Source: Candidatus Woesearchaeota archaeon (GTDB taxonomy: Archaea; Nanobdellota; Nanobdellia; UBA10117; GCA-020343615). Taken from it: a stretch of DNA of 64,000 bases. Positions 9,019-19,111 of the stretch are shown in pieces (position 1 is the stretch's first letter; each line of letters opens with the position of its first letter). The DNA is taken from assembly GCA_020343615.1 (NCBI GenBank), contig CP070803.1:628166-692165 (forward strand), given 5' to 3'. The translations under genes were made by a program, and so were the position numbers. Below the pieces are notes generated by a model. The model saw only the letters and a list, made by a program, of their open reading frames with translations, searched no databases and was not told the DNA's origin.

Positions 9019-10230
9019 ATGGAACAATTAGGCTTAAATGATTACTTTGAGAATTATTTAAATAAAAAATCAATATTTAAAAACAAGAGAGTGCTCCAAG
9101 AGAAATATATCCCGTCTTCTATTTCTCATAGAAAACAACAAATATCTCAATTAGCATCTATGTTAGCACCAGCTTTGAAAGTAGATAGACCCTCTAATTT
9201 ATTTTTATACGGTAAAACAGGAACAGGTAAAACTCTATGTACTAAATATATTTTTAATGAATTAAGTGAAGTATGCAAGACTAAGAAAATTGCATTACAT
9301 TTAATTTATGTTAATTGTAAATTAAAGAAAGTTTCAAATACAGAATACAGGATTATTGCACAATTTGCAAGAGAAGTTGGGCAAGAAATACCAGCGACAG
9401 GTTTGCCTACAGAAGAAGTTTATAATAGATTTTTGAAGAAGATAAATGAAAAAAAGCAAGTTGTGATTTTAGCATTAGATGAAGTAGATAGATTGGTTTC
9501 AAAATTAGGAGTTGGAGATGAAATTCTATATAATCTTACAAGATTAAATGGGGAATTAGATAAAGCTCAATTAAGTATAATTGGTATTTCTAATGATCTA
9601 AGATTTATGGAACGACTAGATCCAAGAGTTAAGAGTTCTTTAAGTGAAGAAGAAATTATTTTCCCACCGTATAATGCACTCCAAATAAAAGAGATATTAA
9701 AAGAAAGGGCTAAACTAGCATTTAATTCAAATACCATTTCAGAAGGAGTCTTAGAAAAATGTGCAGCCTATGCTGCTAGAGAACATGGGGATGCAAGAAG
9801 AGCTTTGGATTTATTAAGAGTAGCAGGTGAAATCGCTGAGAGATCTGAAAGACACTTAGTTACTCCAGACGATATTGACAAAGCTGAAGAAAAAATAGAG
9901 AGGAGCAGAATTCTAGAAATAGCAAGAACCCAACCAATACAATCTCAAATCACATTATATTCAATAATTCTTTTATCAGAAGACAATAAAGATGGAATAG
10001 CAACTGGTGAGGTATTTGAAAAATACAAGGGAATATGCAAACAGTGTAAACTTCCAGTATTAACTCAAAGACGTGTTAGTGACCTTATTTCTGAATTAGA
10101 TATGTTAGGTATAATTCATGGTAGAGTAATAAGCAAAGGAAGATACGGAAGAACTAGAGAGATATATTCAAATATCCCCACGTCACTTTTAGAAAAGGTA
10201 AAAGAAGTTTTGGAAAAAGAAATAGTATAA
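9019..10230 (+). CDS. orc1/cdc6: Orc1/Cdc6 replication initiator (AAA+ with C-terminal winged helix)
   Basis: Walker A GKTGTGKT, Walker B LDEVD, sensor regions, C-terminal wH. The ATG at 9019 is preferred over the listed GTG at 9007. Confidence 0.92.
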   Translation: MEQLGLNDYFENYLNKKSIFKNKRVLQEKYIPSSISHRKQQISQLASMLAPALKVDRPSNLFLYGKTGTGKTLCTKYIFNELSEVCKTKKIALHLIYVNCKLKKVSNTEYRIIAQFAREVGQEIPATGLPTEEVYNRFLKKINEKKQVVILALDEVDRLVSKLGVGDEILYNLTRLNGELDKAQLSIIGISNDLRFMERLDPRVKSSLSEEEIIFPPYNALQIKEILKERAKLAFNSNTISEGVLEKCAAYAAREHGDARRALDLLRVAGEIAERSERHLVTPDDIDKAEEKIERSRILEIARTQPIQSQITLYSIILLSEDNKDGIATGEVFEKYKGICKQCKLPVLTQRRVSDLISELDMLGIIHGRVISKGRYGRTREIYSNIPTSLLEKVKEVLEKEIV

Positions 10231-10236
10231 GTTAAG

Positions 10237-13200
10237 ATGGAACTAAATGTTAAGAGTTCTCCAGAGATTAAAGAATATTTATCAAACTTACATAACTCCA
10301 CAGTTTCTATTTATAAGATAGCAAATCAAGCTAAAGCTAAGGGACTAGATCCTGAGAAAACTGTTCCAATACATTTAGCTACAACAATTGGTGAAAAAGT
10401 AGAAGGACTAATGTCTTCAGTAGTACCAGAACTTGAAGGAAGCGGTCTTGCAGAGAGATTAAAAGAATTGGAAAAAGAGTACGGTGCAGGCGACTGGAGA
10501 GTTTCCCTTAAGATTGCAGAAGAAATAGCTGATGGTAAATTCTGTAAATTTAGTAGTGTTGAAGATGAAATCCTTAATGGAGTAAGAACAGGTTTAGCAT
10601 ACATAACTCAAGGAATTGTTTCAGCGCCAATAGAAGGAATCATAGGAGTTAAATTAAAAAAGAGAAGAGACGGGAAATTATATTTAGCAGTTTACTACGG
10701 TGGACCTATTAGAGGAGCTGGAGGTACTGGTCAGTCTGTTTCTGTTTTACTAGCAGATCATCTTAGAAAGAAAAGAAATGTAGATGTATATGACCCTACA
10801 GATTCTGAGATAAAACGGTTTTTTACAGAAGTTACAGATTATTATGAAAAGATGGAAAGAAAACAGTATAAACCTACTGAAAGAGAAATGGAGTTCTTAA
10901 TTAAAAACATCCCTGTTGAACTAAGCGGAGATCCATCTACAGAATTAGAAGTTTCTAATTACAAAAACTTAGATAGAATCGAAACAAATAGGATTAGATC
11001 AGGTGTTGCATTACTTCTCACAGACGGATTACCTCTTAAAGCAGGAAAACTCTGGAAACAAATTTCAAAATGGGGTAAGGATTTTGATTTAGAATGGGAT
11101 TGGTTGAAAAAATTCCTTAAATTAAAAACCAAACTTAGAGACAAAGAAGAAAAAGAAGAAGAACAAAAATTAACACCAAATTATTATTTTCTTTCAGAAA
11201 TTGTAGCAGGGAGACCTGTTTTTTCATACCCTTTACATCCGAATGGTTTTAGAGTGAGATATGGACGTTCGAGATTAACAGGAGATGGAGCATGGGGGAT
11301 ACACCCCGCAACTATGAAAACCTTGAAAGATTACATAGCTACAGGAACACAACTTCGGGTTGAACGCCCAGGTAAATCCACTGCTTTAACTCCATGCGAT
11401 ACTATTGAAGGACCAATAGTTAAATTAAAAGATGGGTCAGTAAAACAAATAAATTCTATAGAAGAAGCTGAAGAGATAGTAGATAATCTTGAAGAAATAT
11501 TGTTTATTGGAGATCTACTAATCTCGCATGGAGATTTTTCAGAACAAGGAGAGAAGCTAGCACCAGTAGGATATTGTGAAGAATTCTGGGCTTTAGAATT
11601 AAATGAAAAAATAAAAGAGAAAGGTATAGAAAAATCAATTAAAGAGCTCAACATCCCTCCTGAAACATTAATAAATCTAATAAGAAATCCAATAGAATCT
11701 AAAATTACAGCTAGTGATGCAATAAATATTTCTACTGAATTAGGAATTCCTCTCCACCCAGCGTATACTTACAGATGGAGAATAATAACTAAAGAATCCT
11801 TTGAGAAATTATTAAAGTATTTGAAGGAATTGAATGATGGTGTTTTACCAATAAAAGAAGAAAAGAAAATACTTGAAGATATTGGTTTAACACATGAAGT
11901 AAAGAATAATAAAATAATCCTCTCAAAAGAGGATTCAGAAGTTTTAGAATATATTTCTAAAAATATCAAAGCAATAAAGGGAGAAGATGGTTTAGACTGT
12001 TTAAGTTCATTGCCAATTAAAATACAAGATAAAATAGGGTTAACTATTGGCGCAAGAATGGGTCGACCAGAAAAGGCAAGAATAAGAAAATTAAAAGGAA
12101 CACCCCATGTTTTGTTTCCAGTTGGCAAGGAAGGAGGAAGATTAAGATCTTTCCAATCAGCCAGCATGATTGGAAAAGTAGAAGGAGAATTCCCAATATT
12201 TGAATGTTCTGCTTGTGATAATGTTACAATATATCCTTATTGTGAGAAGTGCGGTAAGGAGACCAAAGAATGGAGAATATGTCCAGTATGTAAAAAGAAA
12301 ACGCGTAAGACTAAATGTCATAAAGAGACAATTCCTTATGAAAAAAAGAGAATAAATATCGATCACTACCTCGATACTTCTAAAAAGAGATTAGGTATAG
12401 ATCATCTACCAGAGTTGATAAAAGGAGTTAGAGGTACATCTAATAAAAACCACACTCCTGAAAATCTAGCTAAAGGAATTTTAAGAGCAAGAAATAATAT
12501 TTACGTAAATAAAGACGGAACCATTCGCTTCGATATGACAGAATTACCAATGACTCATTTTAAACCAAAAGAAGTAGGTTTGTCTTTAACAAAGGCCAAA
12601 GAGCTGGGCTATGAAAAAGATATAAAAGGGAAACTCCTCAATGATGAAAATCAAGTTTTAGAAATTAAACCTCAAGACATAATATTACCTGAAAAAGGAG
12701 GCGCATCATTATTTAGAGTTTCTAAATTTGTAGATGAAGAACTTAAAGGATTCTATAAACTGGATAGATTCTATAACTTAAAACATCCGAATGATTTAAT
12801 AGGACATTTAATTATAGGAATTGCTCCTCACACATCTGCAGGAATTATTGGTAGGGTTATAGGATTTTCAAATAGCCACACTGTTCTAGCACACCCATAC
12901 TGGCATGATGCTCAAAGAAGAGATTGTGACGGTGAAGAAACATCTGTTATTCTTGCGATGGATGCTTTCCTAAATTTCTCAAGAGAATATCTACCTGCTA
13001 AAAGAGGAGGAACAATGGATGCTCCGTTAGTTGTATCAACTATTTTAAACCCAGAGGAAATAGATGATGAAGTATATGATGTAGATACTTGTTGGAATTA
13101 TTCTCTAGACTTTTACAAAGCCACATTAGAGTATAAAGAACCGTGGTCAGTAAAAATAGAACAAATTAGAAATAGAGTAGGAAAGCCTCAGCAATATGAG

Positions 13201-13668
13201 GGAATAGGATACACACATAAAGTCAGCAATATAAATTTAGGAGTGATTTCCTCAAGTTATAAGACAATACCAACAATGGTAGAAAAGATGGAGGCTCAGA
13301 TGGAACTCGCAAATAAAATTCGAGCAGTTGATGCAGCGGGAGTTGCCGGACTAGTCATTGAAGGTCATTTTATCAGAGATATTAAAGGAAACTTAAGAAA
13401 ATTCACACAACAAGAATTTAGATGTGTCAGTTGTAATACGAAATATAGAAGACCTCCTCTATCCGGAGTATGTAGCAATTGTAGAGGTAAGCTGATATTT
13501 ACAATTAGCGAAGGAACTGTGAAGAAATACTTGGAACCAAGTCTTAATCTTGCTAATAACGAGAACGTACCAAATTATATAAAGCAGAGCATAGAACTGG
13601 TAAAAAATAGAATTGAGACAATATTTGGGAAAGAAAAAACCAAGCAAATGGATTTAAGAAGGTTTTGA
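10237..13668 (+). CDS. dp2: DNA polymerase II (PolD) large catalytic subunit DP2
   Basis: 1143 aa, the typical DP2 length. Zn-finger Cys clusters (CSACDNVTIYPYCEKCG, CPVC, CVSCNTKYRRPPLSGVCSNC). No intein-like insertion. Confidence 0.92.
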   Translation: MELNVKSSPEIKEYLSNLHNSTVSIYKIANQAKAKGLDPEKTVPIHLATTIGEKVEGLMSSVVPELEGSGLAERLKELEKEYGAGDWRVSLKIAEEIADGKFCKFSSVEDEILNGVRTGLAYITQGIVSAPIEGIIGVKLKKRRDGKLYLAVYYGGPIRGAGGTGQSVSVLLADHLRKKRNVDVYDPTDSEIKRFFTEVTDYYEKMERKQYKPTEREMEFLIKNIPVELSGDPSTELEVSNYKNLDRIETNRIRSGVALLLTDGLPLKAGKLWKQISKWGKDFDLEWDWLKKFLKLKTKLRDKEEKEEEQKLTPNYYFLSEIVAGRPVFSYPLHPNGFRVRYGRSRLTGDGAWGIHPATMKTLKDYIATGTQLRVERPGKSTALTPCDTIEGPIVKLKDGSVKQINSIEEAEEIVDNLEEILFIGDLLISHGDFSEQGEKLAPVGYCEEFWALELNEKIKEKGIEKSIKELNIPPETLINLIRNPIESKITASDAINISTELGIPLHPAYTYRWRIITKESFEKLLKYLKELNDGVLPIKEEKKILEDIGLTHEVKNNKIILSKEDSEVLEYISKNIKAIKGEDGLDCLSSLPIKIQDKIGLTIGARMGRPEKARIRKLKGTPHVLFPVGKEGGRLRSFQSASMIGKVEGEFPIFECSACDNVTIYPYCEKCGKETKEWRICPVCKKKTRKTKCHKETIPYEKKRINIDHYLDTSKKRLGIDHLPELIKGVRGTSNKNHTPENLAKGILRARNNIYVNKDGTIRFDMTELPMTHFKPKEVGLSLTKAKELGYEKDIKGKLLNDENQVLEIKPQDIILPEKGGASLFRVSKFVDEELKGFYKLDRFYNLKHPNDLIGHLIIGIAPHTSAGIIGRVIGFSNSHTVLAHPYWHDAQRRDCDGEETSVILAMDAFLNFSREYLPAKRGGTMDAPLVVSTILNPEEIDDEVYDVDTCWNYSLDFYKATLEYKEPWSVKIEQIRNRVGKPQQYEGIGYTHKVSNINLGVISSSYKTIPTMVEKMEAQMELANKIRAVDAAGVAGLVIEGHFIRDIKGNLRKFTQQEFRCVSCNTKYRRPPLSGVCSNCRGKLIFTISEGTVKKYLEPSLNLANNENVPNYIKQSIELVKNRIETIFGKEKTKQMDLRRF

Positions 13669-13669
13669 A

Positions 13670-14431
13670 ATGAAAGTAAAAATAAGATGCCCTAATGGTG
13701 AAATAAAAACTCCTAAAGAATGCTTAGATGCAGAAAAGTCTTTACCAACACCAATTCTAAAAAAAGTGCTTGAAGGAGTTCTAAAAGAATCTACACCAAG
13801 AGACAGAGTAAGATTTGGAGCAACTAAAATAACAACCAATTGTTTAAGACAGTCTTTTTATCAAATTACTGAAGAACAAATTTTAGACCTTGATAAATTA
13901 TGGATACTTTCAAGAGGTCATGCATTTCATGATCATTTTGATTTTGGAAAAAATGAAGTATTCGTTGAAAAGAAATTCAAGGATTTTGATGTTATTGGGT
14001 TCATAGACGGCATAGATAACAATGTGTTATATGAATTAAAAACAACGAGCAACATCCCTGAAGAACCACAAGATCATCATGTCTTGCAAGCTCAAGCATA
14101 CTATTCAATGTATCCTGATAAAGATAAGATAGACAAAATTATGTTAGTGTACTTAAGTTTAAGTACAATCAAAACTTTTGAAGTTCCTAAAAGAGACATA
14201 ATTCCATGGATTGAAAGTAGAGGACATCAGCTAGCAACTGCTTTGAAAACCAAAACTCCCCCACCAAAAGAGAAGACATGGTTGTGTAGTTACTGCCCTT
14301 TTTTAGATATTTGTGAAAATCATAAAGTTGAGAAAAAAGAGTCTGTAAAAAGAGAAGTAGATAAAATACTCTATAATAAAAAAGAAAAGAAAAAAGTAGA
14401 AACGTGGAAAGATATATTTAATAATGGTTAA
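13670..14431 (+). CDS. Cas4-like PD-(D/E)XK nuclease with 4-Cys (Fe-S) cluster
   Basis: One N-terminal Cys (TNCLRQSFY) plus C-terminal CSYCPFLDIC (CX2CX5C). IDGID...YELKTT is a D...ELK motif, and QAQAYY is the QxxxY motif. Starts 1 nt after the DP2 stop. Confidence 0.75.
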   Translation: MKVKIRCPNGEIKTPKECLDAEKSLPTPILKKVLEGVLKESTPRDRVRFGATKITTNCLRQSFYQITEEQILDLDKLWILSRGHAFHDHFDFGKNEVFVEKKFKDFDVIGFIDGIDNNVLYELKTTSNIPEEPQDHHVLQAQAYYSMYPDKDKIDKIMLVYLSLSTIKTFEVPKRDIIPWIESRGHQLATALKTKTPPPKEKTWLCSYCPFLDICENHKVEKKESVKREVDKILYNKKEKKKVETWKDIFNNG

Positions 14432-15123
14432 GTTTGACCACTATCCATAAACTCAATAATAGTTCTCATCACATTTTCAGCCATACCACTTAACTCAGCT
14501 ACATCATTAGTATAGCTTTTTTTATGGTCCTTTTTTCCAAGATAAACATTCTTAATTTTGTATCCTTGCTTATATGCAGATAGTATCAAACCAACATCGA
14601 TCCCCCAACTATCTACAAAGTCAAGTTTCATGAATGTTGATTTCTTAGCAGATATTTCCCCCTCAAGCGGCATGTTAACTTCTAGATCTGGAAACAGCAT
14701 TTTAAGCATAGGTTTAGCTACTAATTTAGTCACAGGAGCATCAGTAGGACCTCGTTCATAGTCAGCTTTACAAATATCAGTTTCACCTTTTATAATTGGA
14801 TCCGTCATTTGAGTTATCCACTTTTTGTCAAAATTTATTATATCTGCATCTAGAAATAATACAATATCCCCGGTAGCCTCCTTTACTCCAGTTTTCATAG
14901 CAACTCCTTTACCCGGAGCTACCTTTCTTGATTGTAGAAGAACTTTAGCACCCGCTTTCTCAGCGAATTCCCTAGTTCTATCTGTTGAAAAACCATCAAC
15001 AACTATAATTTCATGAATATCAGCTTCCTTTAATTTTTGTATAATATCAGCTATGTTGTTTTCCTCATTTTTAGCAGGTATAATCACAGATATTTTGTTT
15101 CCGTTTTCAGATTTTTCACTCAT
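14428..15123 (-). CDS. GT2-family glycosyltransferase (glucosyl-3-phosphoglycerate synthase-like or dolichyl-phosphate sugar synthase-like)
   Basis: ISVIIPAKNEENNI, VVDGFSTDRT, LFLDADI (DxD). Confidence 0.75.
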   Translation of the reverse strand: MSEKSENGNKISVIIPAKNEENNIADIIQKLKEADIHEIIVVDGFSTDRTREFAEKAGAKVLLQSRKVAPGKGVAMKTGVKEATGDIVLFLDADIINFDKKWITQMTDPIIKGETDICKADYERGPTDAPVTKLVAKPMLKMLFPDLEVNMPLEGEISAKKSTFMKLDFVDSWGIDVGLILSAYKQGYKIKNVYLGKKDHKKSYTNDVAELSGMAENVMRTIIEFMDSGQT

Positions 15124-15177
15124 TCCACTACCATTAACTTCTCTAATACTACTATAGTCTAATGATATTTATAAAGT

Positions 15178-15888
15178 TTAATCTTTAGCAAGCTTCCAAA
15201 GTATCTCAAATTGGTTCCTGTAACTTTTTGCAATGTCTTTATGATGTATTAATATAGAAATTGGATTTTTTGTCCAAAGAGAAATAGCTATATTATCTCC
15301 ATAAATATTTGTTGCAACAGTTGAAATATACGAATCTGGTAAATATCTAATTTTTGAAAGAGGAATGTCATATTTTTTCCGCTTACTTTCAGGAAATAAA
15401 ATTCTAATTTTTTGGTTTTGTTTTTTTCTTTTTATATCAAAAGGTGGAAAAAAGAACCGATTAACATCAGAATAGGTTGTAGCACCAATTACTAAAATTT
15501 CTTCACCAGTTTTAACCATATCCTCATAAATAATTTTTAAGCCAACCATTCCTTGATAGAAGCTAGTTTCAGGCCTTGATTTAGAAATATCAAATTTCTT
15601 AATCAAATCAGGAATAATCTGATTTAATTTATCTTCCTTATCTTTTATTTCTGTAAGAAGTCTACTAGGATGAGTGACATAATAATGCTTACGATTATTT
15701 TTTACGATATAAGTTGCCAAACCTTTCTTAATTAAACGTTCAACAGCATCATAAACACATCTTCTATGAATACCTGATCGACGGGAGATAACACTAGCTA
15801 AAGCAGAACCTTGTTCTAGGATTGCGAGATAGACTTTAGCTTCTAGTTTAGTTAATCCAATTTCTTCTAGAATTTTTTCATTAATCAT
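15178..15888 (-). CDS. TrmB-family transcriptional regulator
   Basis: N-terminal LEEIGLTKLEAKVYLAILEQGSALASVISRRSGIHRRCVYDAVERLIKKGL wHTH typical of TrmB, plus a C-terminal effector-like domain. Confidence 0.8.
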   Translation of the reverse strand: MINEKILEEIGLTKLEAKVYLAILEQGSALASVISRRSGIHRRCVYDAVERLIKKGLATYIVKNNRKHYYVTHPSRLLTEIKDKEDKLNQIIPDLIKKFDISKSRPETSFYQGMVGLKIIYEDMVKTGEEILVIGATTYSDVNRFFFPPFDIKRKKQNQKIRILFPESKRKKYDIPLSKIRYLPDSYISTVATNIYGDNIAISLWTKNPISILIHHKDIAKSYRNQFEILWKLAKD

Positions 15889-15911
15889 AATTAGAAAAAT
15901 AAAAAACAGTA

Positions 15912-17015
15912 TTATTTAACTGTTTCAGTTTTAATACCTGTTTTATATCTCAAACCAAATCCATTACCAATGTCTAATCTGTTCCAAGTATTTTTTGCTC
16001 TTGGACCGAGCTTGTATCCACTTTCCCATTCTGGTACGTTCCATCCGGGCTTGTTTAATCCGTTGTTTCCGTTTCCGTATTTATTAAATGCTAATTCGAC
16101 TGCTCTGTTTCTAAATCTCAATTTTGGTATTATTGAATAAGACAGCGTACTTGCCCTGTTTTGTGCATAGGCTAACCCCTCAGCGTTAGCATCTACTCCC
16201 GGGAATTCACCAGTATATGCAGGCACGTCCAATTCAGCCTTGAATGTTGGAACTTTTATCTTTCTTCCAGGTTCTTTATATATATCCGCAACTTTCTTGA
16301 CATCGTATCTAACGTCTTCATCAACAGCTCTTACTCCTATATCCTTGAGGTTTTTAGCAGCCATTCTATAATGCTGTGCTTCTTGAGTTAATCTTTGTTC
16401 AAGAGCCTTTGATTTTATGTAAGGAGCCCCGTAGAATGCACACCAAGCATTTGGATGTACAAAGTTCTTAACAACGATGCTGTTTCCAGTATAAAGTTCC
16501 TTGTCTTTTAAGAAATCATTTTCTTTAGCAGTTGGGCTAAACTCAATTGTACTCCATCCATTGTACATGTCTCCGTTAAGATCAGTTAACAAGAAGTTTC
16601 TATACGCTCCTGTTTCATTTGTTTTCCTGTTAACAACATTTTGGTCAAATATTCTTACAGAAAATGAAAACACATCTTTATTTGCAGCCACACCAGTTAT
16701 GTTTCCATGTCTATTTTCAGGAGAAACTACCCATTCATCTTCCTTATGTGTCTTTGCTCTACGTCCAGTATATTCTGGAATGTTTATTACAGCGTTTCTG
16801 TCTGCAAGAGCACTCATAATTGTTGCTAGGTCTAGATTAGTACCATGAAACATACCTGTAGCGTTATATGCCGGTGCAGGATTTCTTGAATACAAATCAT
16901 AATTCCAATCCTTCAGAATCTTTTCTGTAGTGGCGTCTATATTGGATTCTCTGTCCAGTATTTGTTCCATATCTTGGTCGTCTAATAGTCCATCTAAAGT
17001 TTGTGCGATTACCAT
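15912..17015 (-). CDS. orphan 367-aa protein, no family recognised
   Basis: The ATG at 17015 is preceded by GGTGAT (SD-like, 4-nt spacer); the listed start at 17027 is a TTG. The protein is N/G/Y/A-rich with no signal peptide or TM. The DNA looks richer in G+C than its neighbours (not computed). Confidence 0.6.
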   Translation of the reverse strand: MVIAQTLDGLLDDQDMEQILDRESNIDATTEKILKDWNYDLYSRNPAPAYNATGMFHGTNLDLATIMSALADRNAVINIPEYTGRRAKTHKEDEWVVSPENRHGNITGVAANKDVFSFSVRIFDQNVVNRKTNETGAYRNFLLTDLNGDMYNGWSTIEFSPTAKENDFLKDKELYTGNSIVVKNFVHPNAWCAFYGAPYIKSKALEQRLTQEAQHYRMAAKNLKDIGVRAVDEDVRYDVKKVADIYKEPGRKIKVPTFKAELDVPAYTGEFPGVDANAEGLAYAQNRASTLSYSIIPKLRFRNRAVELAFNKYGNGNNGLNKPGWNVPEWESGYKLGPRAKNTWNRLDIGNGFGLRYKTGIKTETVK

Positions 17016-17140
17016 TTTAATCACCAAATACTATTGAGAATCTAAGAGTGTATAAATTATCGTGGGTATAAGTAGTACCACATAATGTTTCAAATAAATT
17101 AAACCGGAAATTTATAAAACTTTTTTATGTTATAGTAGTT

Positions 17141-17485
17141 ATGCAGTCTATATTAGAAAAGAGAAGATTAGTAAGAAAAGATAATCCTAGCCCATGGGAT
17201 CTTCTTGAAGGGTTTGGGATGCAACACCCAACCTTATTAGACATCATTTCAGATAATAATCAAATACAAACATATTCTAAAATTCAAGCAGGAAAATATT
17301 TTTGTGATCACAACGATTCTAGAATTCTCTTAAATTTTATAGGCTATAATAAAAACACCGCGACATGTGATCACCTTTCTCTTGAGATAGGAAAGCCTTT
17401 CTTTTTTTATGATGTAAAAGACTGTTATGCGTTTAAACTATACATTAAAGATGGGCAACTCATAAAAGAAAAGATTACAAAATAG
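17141..17485 (+). CDS. hypothetical protein
   Basis: 114-aa ORF, no motifs recognised. Confidence 0.35.
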   Translation: MQSILEKRRLVRKDNPSPWDLLEGFGMQHPTLLDIISDNNQIQTYSKIQAGKYFCDHNDSRILLNFIGYNKNTATCDHLSLEIGKPFFFYDVKDCYAFKLYIKDGQLIKEKITK

Positions 17486-18671
17486 AATAAAAGATTACAG
17501 GCATAATTAAACATCCCATTAAATGAATCCTCTTGACCTTAAGACATGGAGCTAGCAATCCTACCGCTGAAGCCACAGATAATACCACAAACCCTACAAG
17601 ACCAGTGAGTATTACAACTAAAAGGATAATTAAAACAATAATAAATTTAGATACTTTCCTATAATTTATTTTTGAGATTCTATTTGCAAATATTTTCCCA
17701 ATTTTTAAACCAAACATTATTCCAAATCCAACAGAAGTTAATGCAGCCACCACTAAAATCATATAATGCTGTAAGTTTAAAGATAATAATTGTTGTAAGG
17801 AAGAAATAACACCAGTTCTCGCCTTGCCTAAAATATAAAACACAGTCAAAGTAAATATTGCTCCAGAAGTATTAATCCCCCCAAGTGTAACTAAAAAGTC
17901 TTCATCCTTCTTATGTTTTGAAAATCCACTAGCAATTATTGCAGCCTGCGCAGACCCAACACCAGGCATGATACTTACAAGAATTGAAGATAAGCTTGCT
18001 TTTAGATAACTAGTAATTCTATTTTTTCTTAGTAATTTTATATTGTTACTTACTCTTTGTATTATTATTTTATCCTGATTAAATAAAGAAATAACCAGAA
18101 CCGGAATTCCAAACAATCCGCTAAGTAAAGGGAAAAGAGGTTGTTTTATATTAATCCCATTTAATACAATTACTCCTAACGTTCCAGAAAGTAAAAATAA
18201 TATAAGAGCCCAGAGCCTACGTCTTTCCTGCAATATAAATAAAATTGAAAAAATAACAAGTAAAGGTATAATAAAATGACTTAAACTATTGTAAGCGCTT
18301 TCTAAAAATACAAATAATAAAGGAATAAATAAAATACTAAGAATTGAAGCACCAATCCCACCACTTATAGTAAATTTTAATGCGTCATACCCTCTACCAT
18401 TTAATAAAAAATCATGCCCAGGGAGTACAGATAATGCAGTTTCTCCTTCAGGAGCACCTAGAAATATCGAAGGTATGAAATCTAAAAAACTATGAACAAT
18501 AACCATTGAAATTAGAAAAACACCAAGATCTATTTTAGTAAAATAAGTGGATAAATAAGGAACAAAAGATAAGAGCAATATTGCAATTAAATTAACATGC
18601 ACACCCGGAATTAATCCAGTTACAATTCCAAACATAACACCCAACAACAAAGCTAAAATAATCAATGACAT
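17475..18671 (-). CDS. TctA/DUF112-family polytopic membrane protein (putative carboxylate transporter subunit)
   Basis: 398 aa and very hydrophobic. The N-terminal GVMFGIVTGLIPGVHVN is typical of the DUF112/TctA family. Confidence 0.55.
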   Translation of the reverse strand: MSLIILALLLGVMFGIVTGLIPGVHVNLIAILLLSFVPYLSTYFTKIDLGVFLISMVIVHSFLDFIPSIFLGAPEGETALSVLPGHDFLLNGRGYDALKFTISGGIGASILSILFIPLLFVFLESAYNSLSHFIIPLLVIFSILFILQERRRLWALILFLLSGTLGVIVLNGINIKQPLFPLLSGLFGIPVLVISLFNQDKIIIQRVSNNIKLLRKNRITSYLKASLSSILVSIMPGVGSAQAAIIASGFSKHKKDEDFLVTLGGINTSGAIFTLTVFYILGKARTGVISSLQQLLSLNLQHYMILVVAALTSVGFGIMFGLKIGKIFANRISKINYRKVSKFIIVLIILLVVILTGLVGFVVLSVASAVGLLAPCLKVKRIHLMGCLIMPVIFYSIL

Positions 18672-19000
18672 TTTATTTCATCCGCGATGATTTCTAACTC
18701 CCCTTTGTATACTTCAACTTTTCCTGTAACTTGTATGGCTGAACAAGGAGGTCTTTTTAATCTAGAAAAAGATACTACTAATATCTCTCCAGTTTTATCT
18801 CTAACCTCTATGAATGTTACAGTAGGTTTGGATGAAAAACTCAGAATTTCCCCATCAATTGTGACTACTTTACCTAAATTCTCATCAGAGCTAATTATGT
18901 TTATCTTAGCAGGTTCAGAGTACTCAGCAATGAGCAGTAAGATACATATCCCAATTATTGACCAAATAAAGGCACCTTTGAATAAAATAGAGTCTTTCAT
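18662..19000 (-). CDS. membrane-anchored OB-fold protein
   Basis: N-terminal TM, then VVTIDGEILSF...FIEVRDKTGEILVV...IQVTGKVEVYKGELEI, an OB-fold (tRNA_anti-like) pattern. Overlaps the downstream TctA-like gene by 10 nt. Confidence 0.5.
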   Translation of the reverse strand: MKDSILFKGAFIWSIIGICILLLIAEYSEPAKINIISSDENLGKVVTIDGEILSFSSKPTVTFIEVRDKTGEILVVSFSRLKRPPCSAIQVTGKVEVYKGELEIIADEIKCH

Positions 19001-19111
19001 AATTTAAAAGAAGCAGTACTTCAATAATAATGAATATAATTTACTAGTCCTGAAAGATTATTCAGCAGTAAGGAAATACTTAAAAATACTTCCGAATACT
19101 CAACTAAGGTG

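Noticed and set aside
10326-12366. Several 60-130-aa minus-strand ORFs inside the DP2 gene (10326..10604, 10959..11144, 11331..11654, 11769..12167, 12157..12366)
   Set aside because: All are antisense to a 1143-aa conserved polymerase ORF, have S/L/F/I-rich low-complexity sequence and no start context. Treated as shadow ORFs.
13670-14431. Cas4-like gene as an indicator of a CRISPR-Cas locus
   Set aside because: The 64 kb contain no cas1 or cas2, no effector genes and no direct-repeat/spacer array. The gene is operonic with polD instead.
15912-17027. Prophage or viral capsid gene interpretation for the orphan 367-aa ORF
   Set aside because: The flanks contain no integrase, terminase, portal, packaging ATPase or att-like repeats. 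By-eye comparison with HK97, P22, lambda gpE and encapsulin sequences showed no shared motifs. Kept only as an open possibility.
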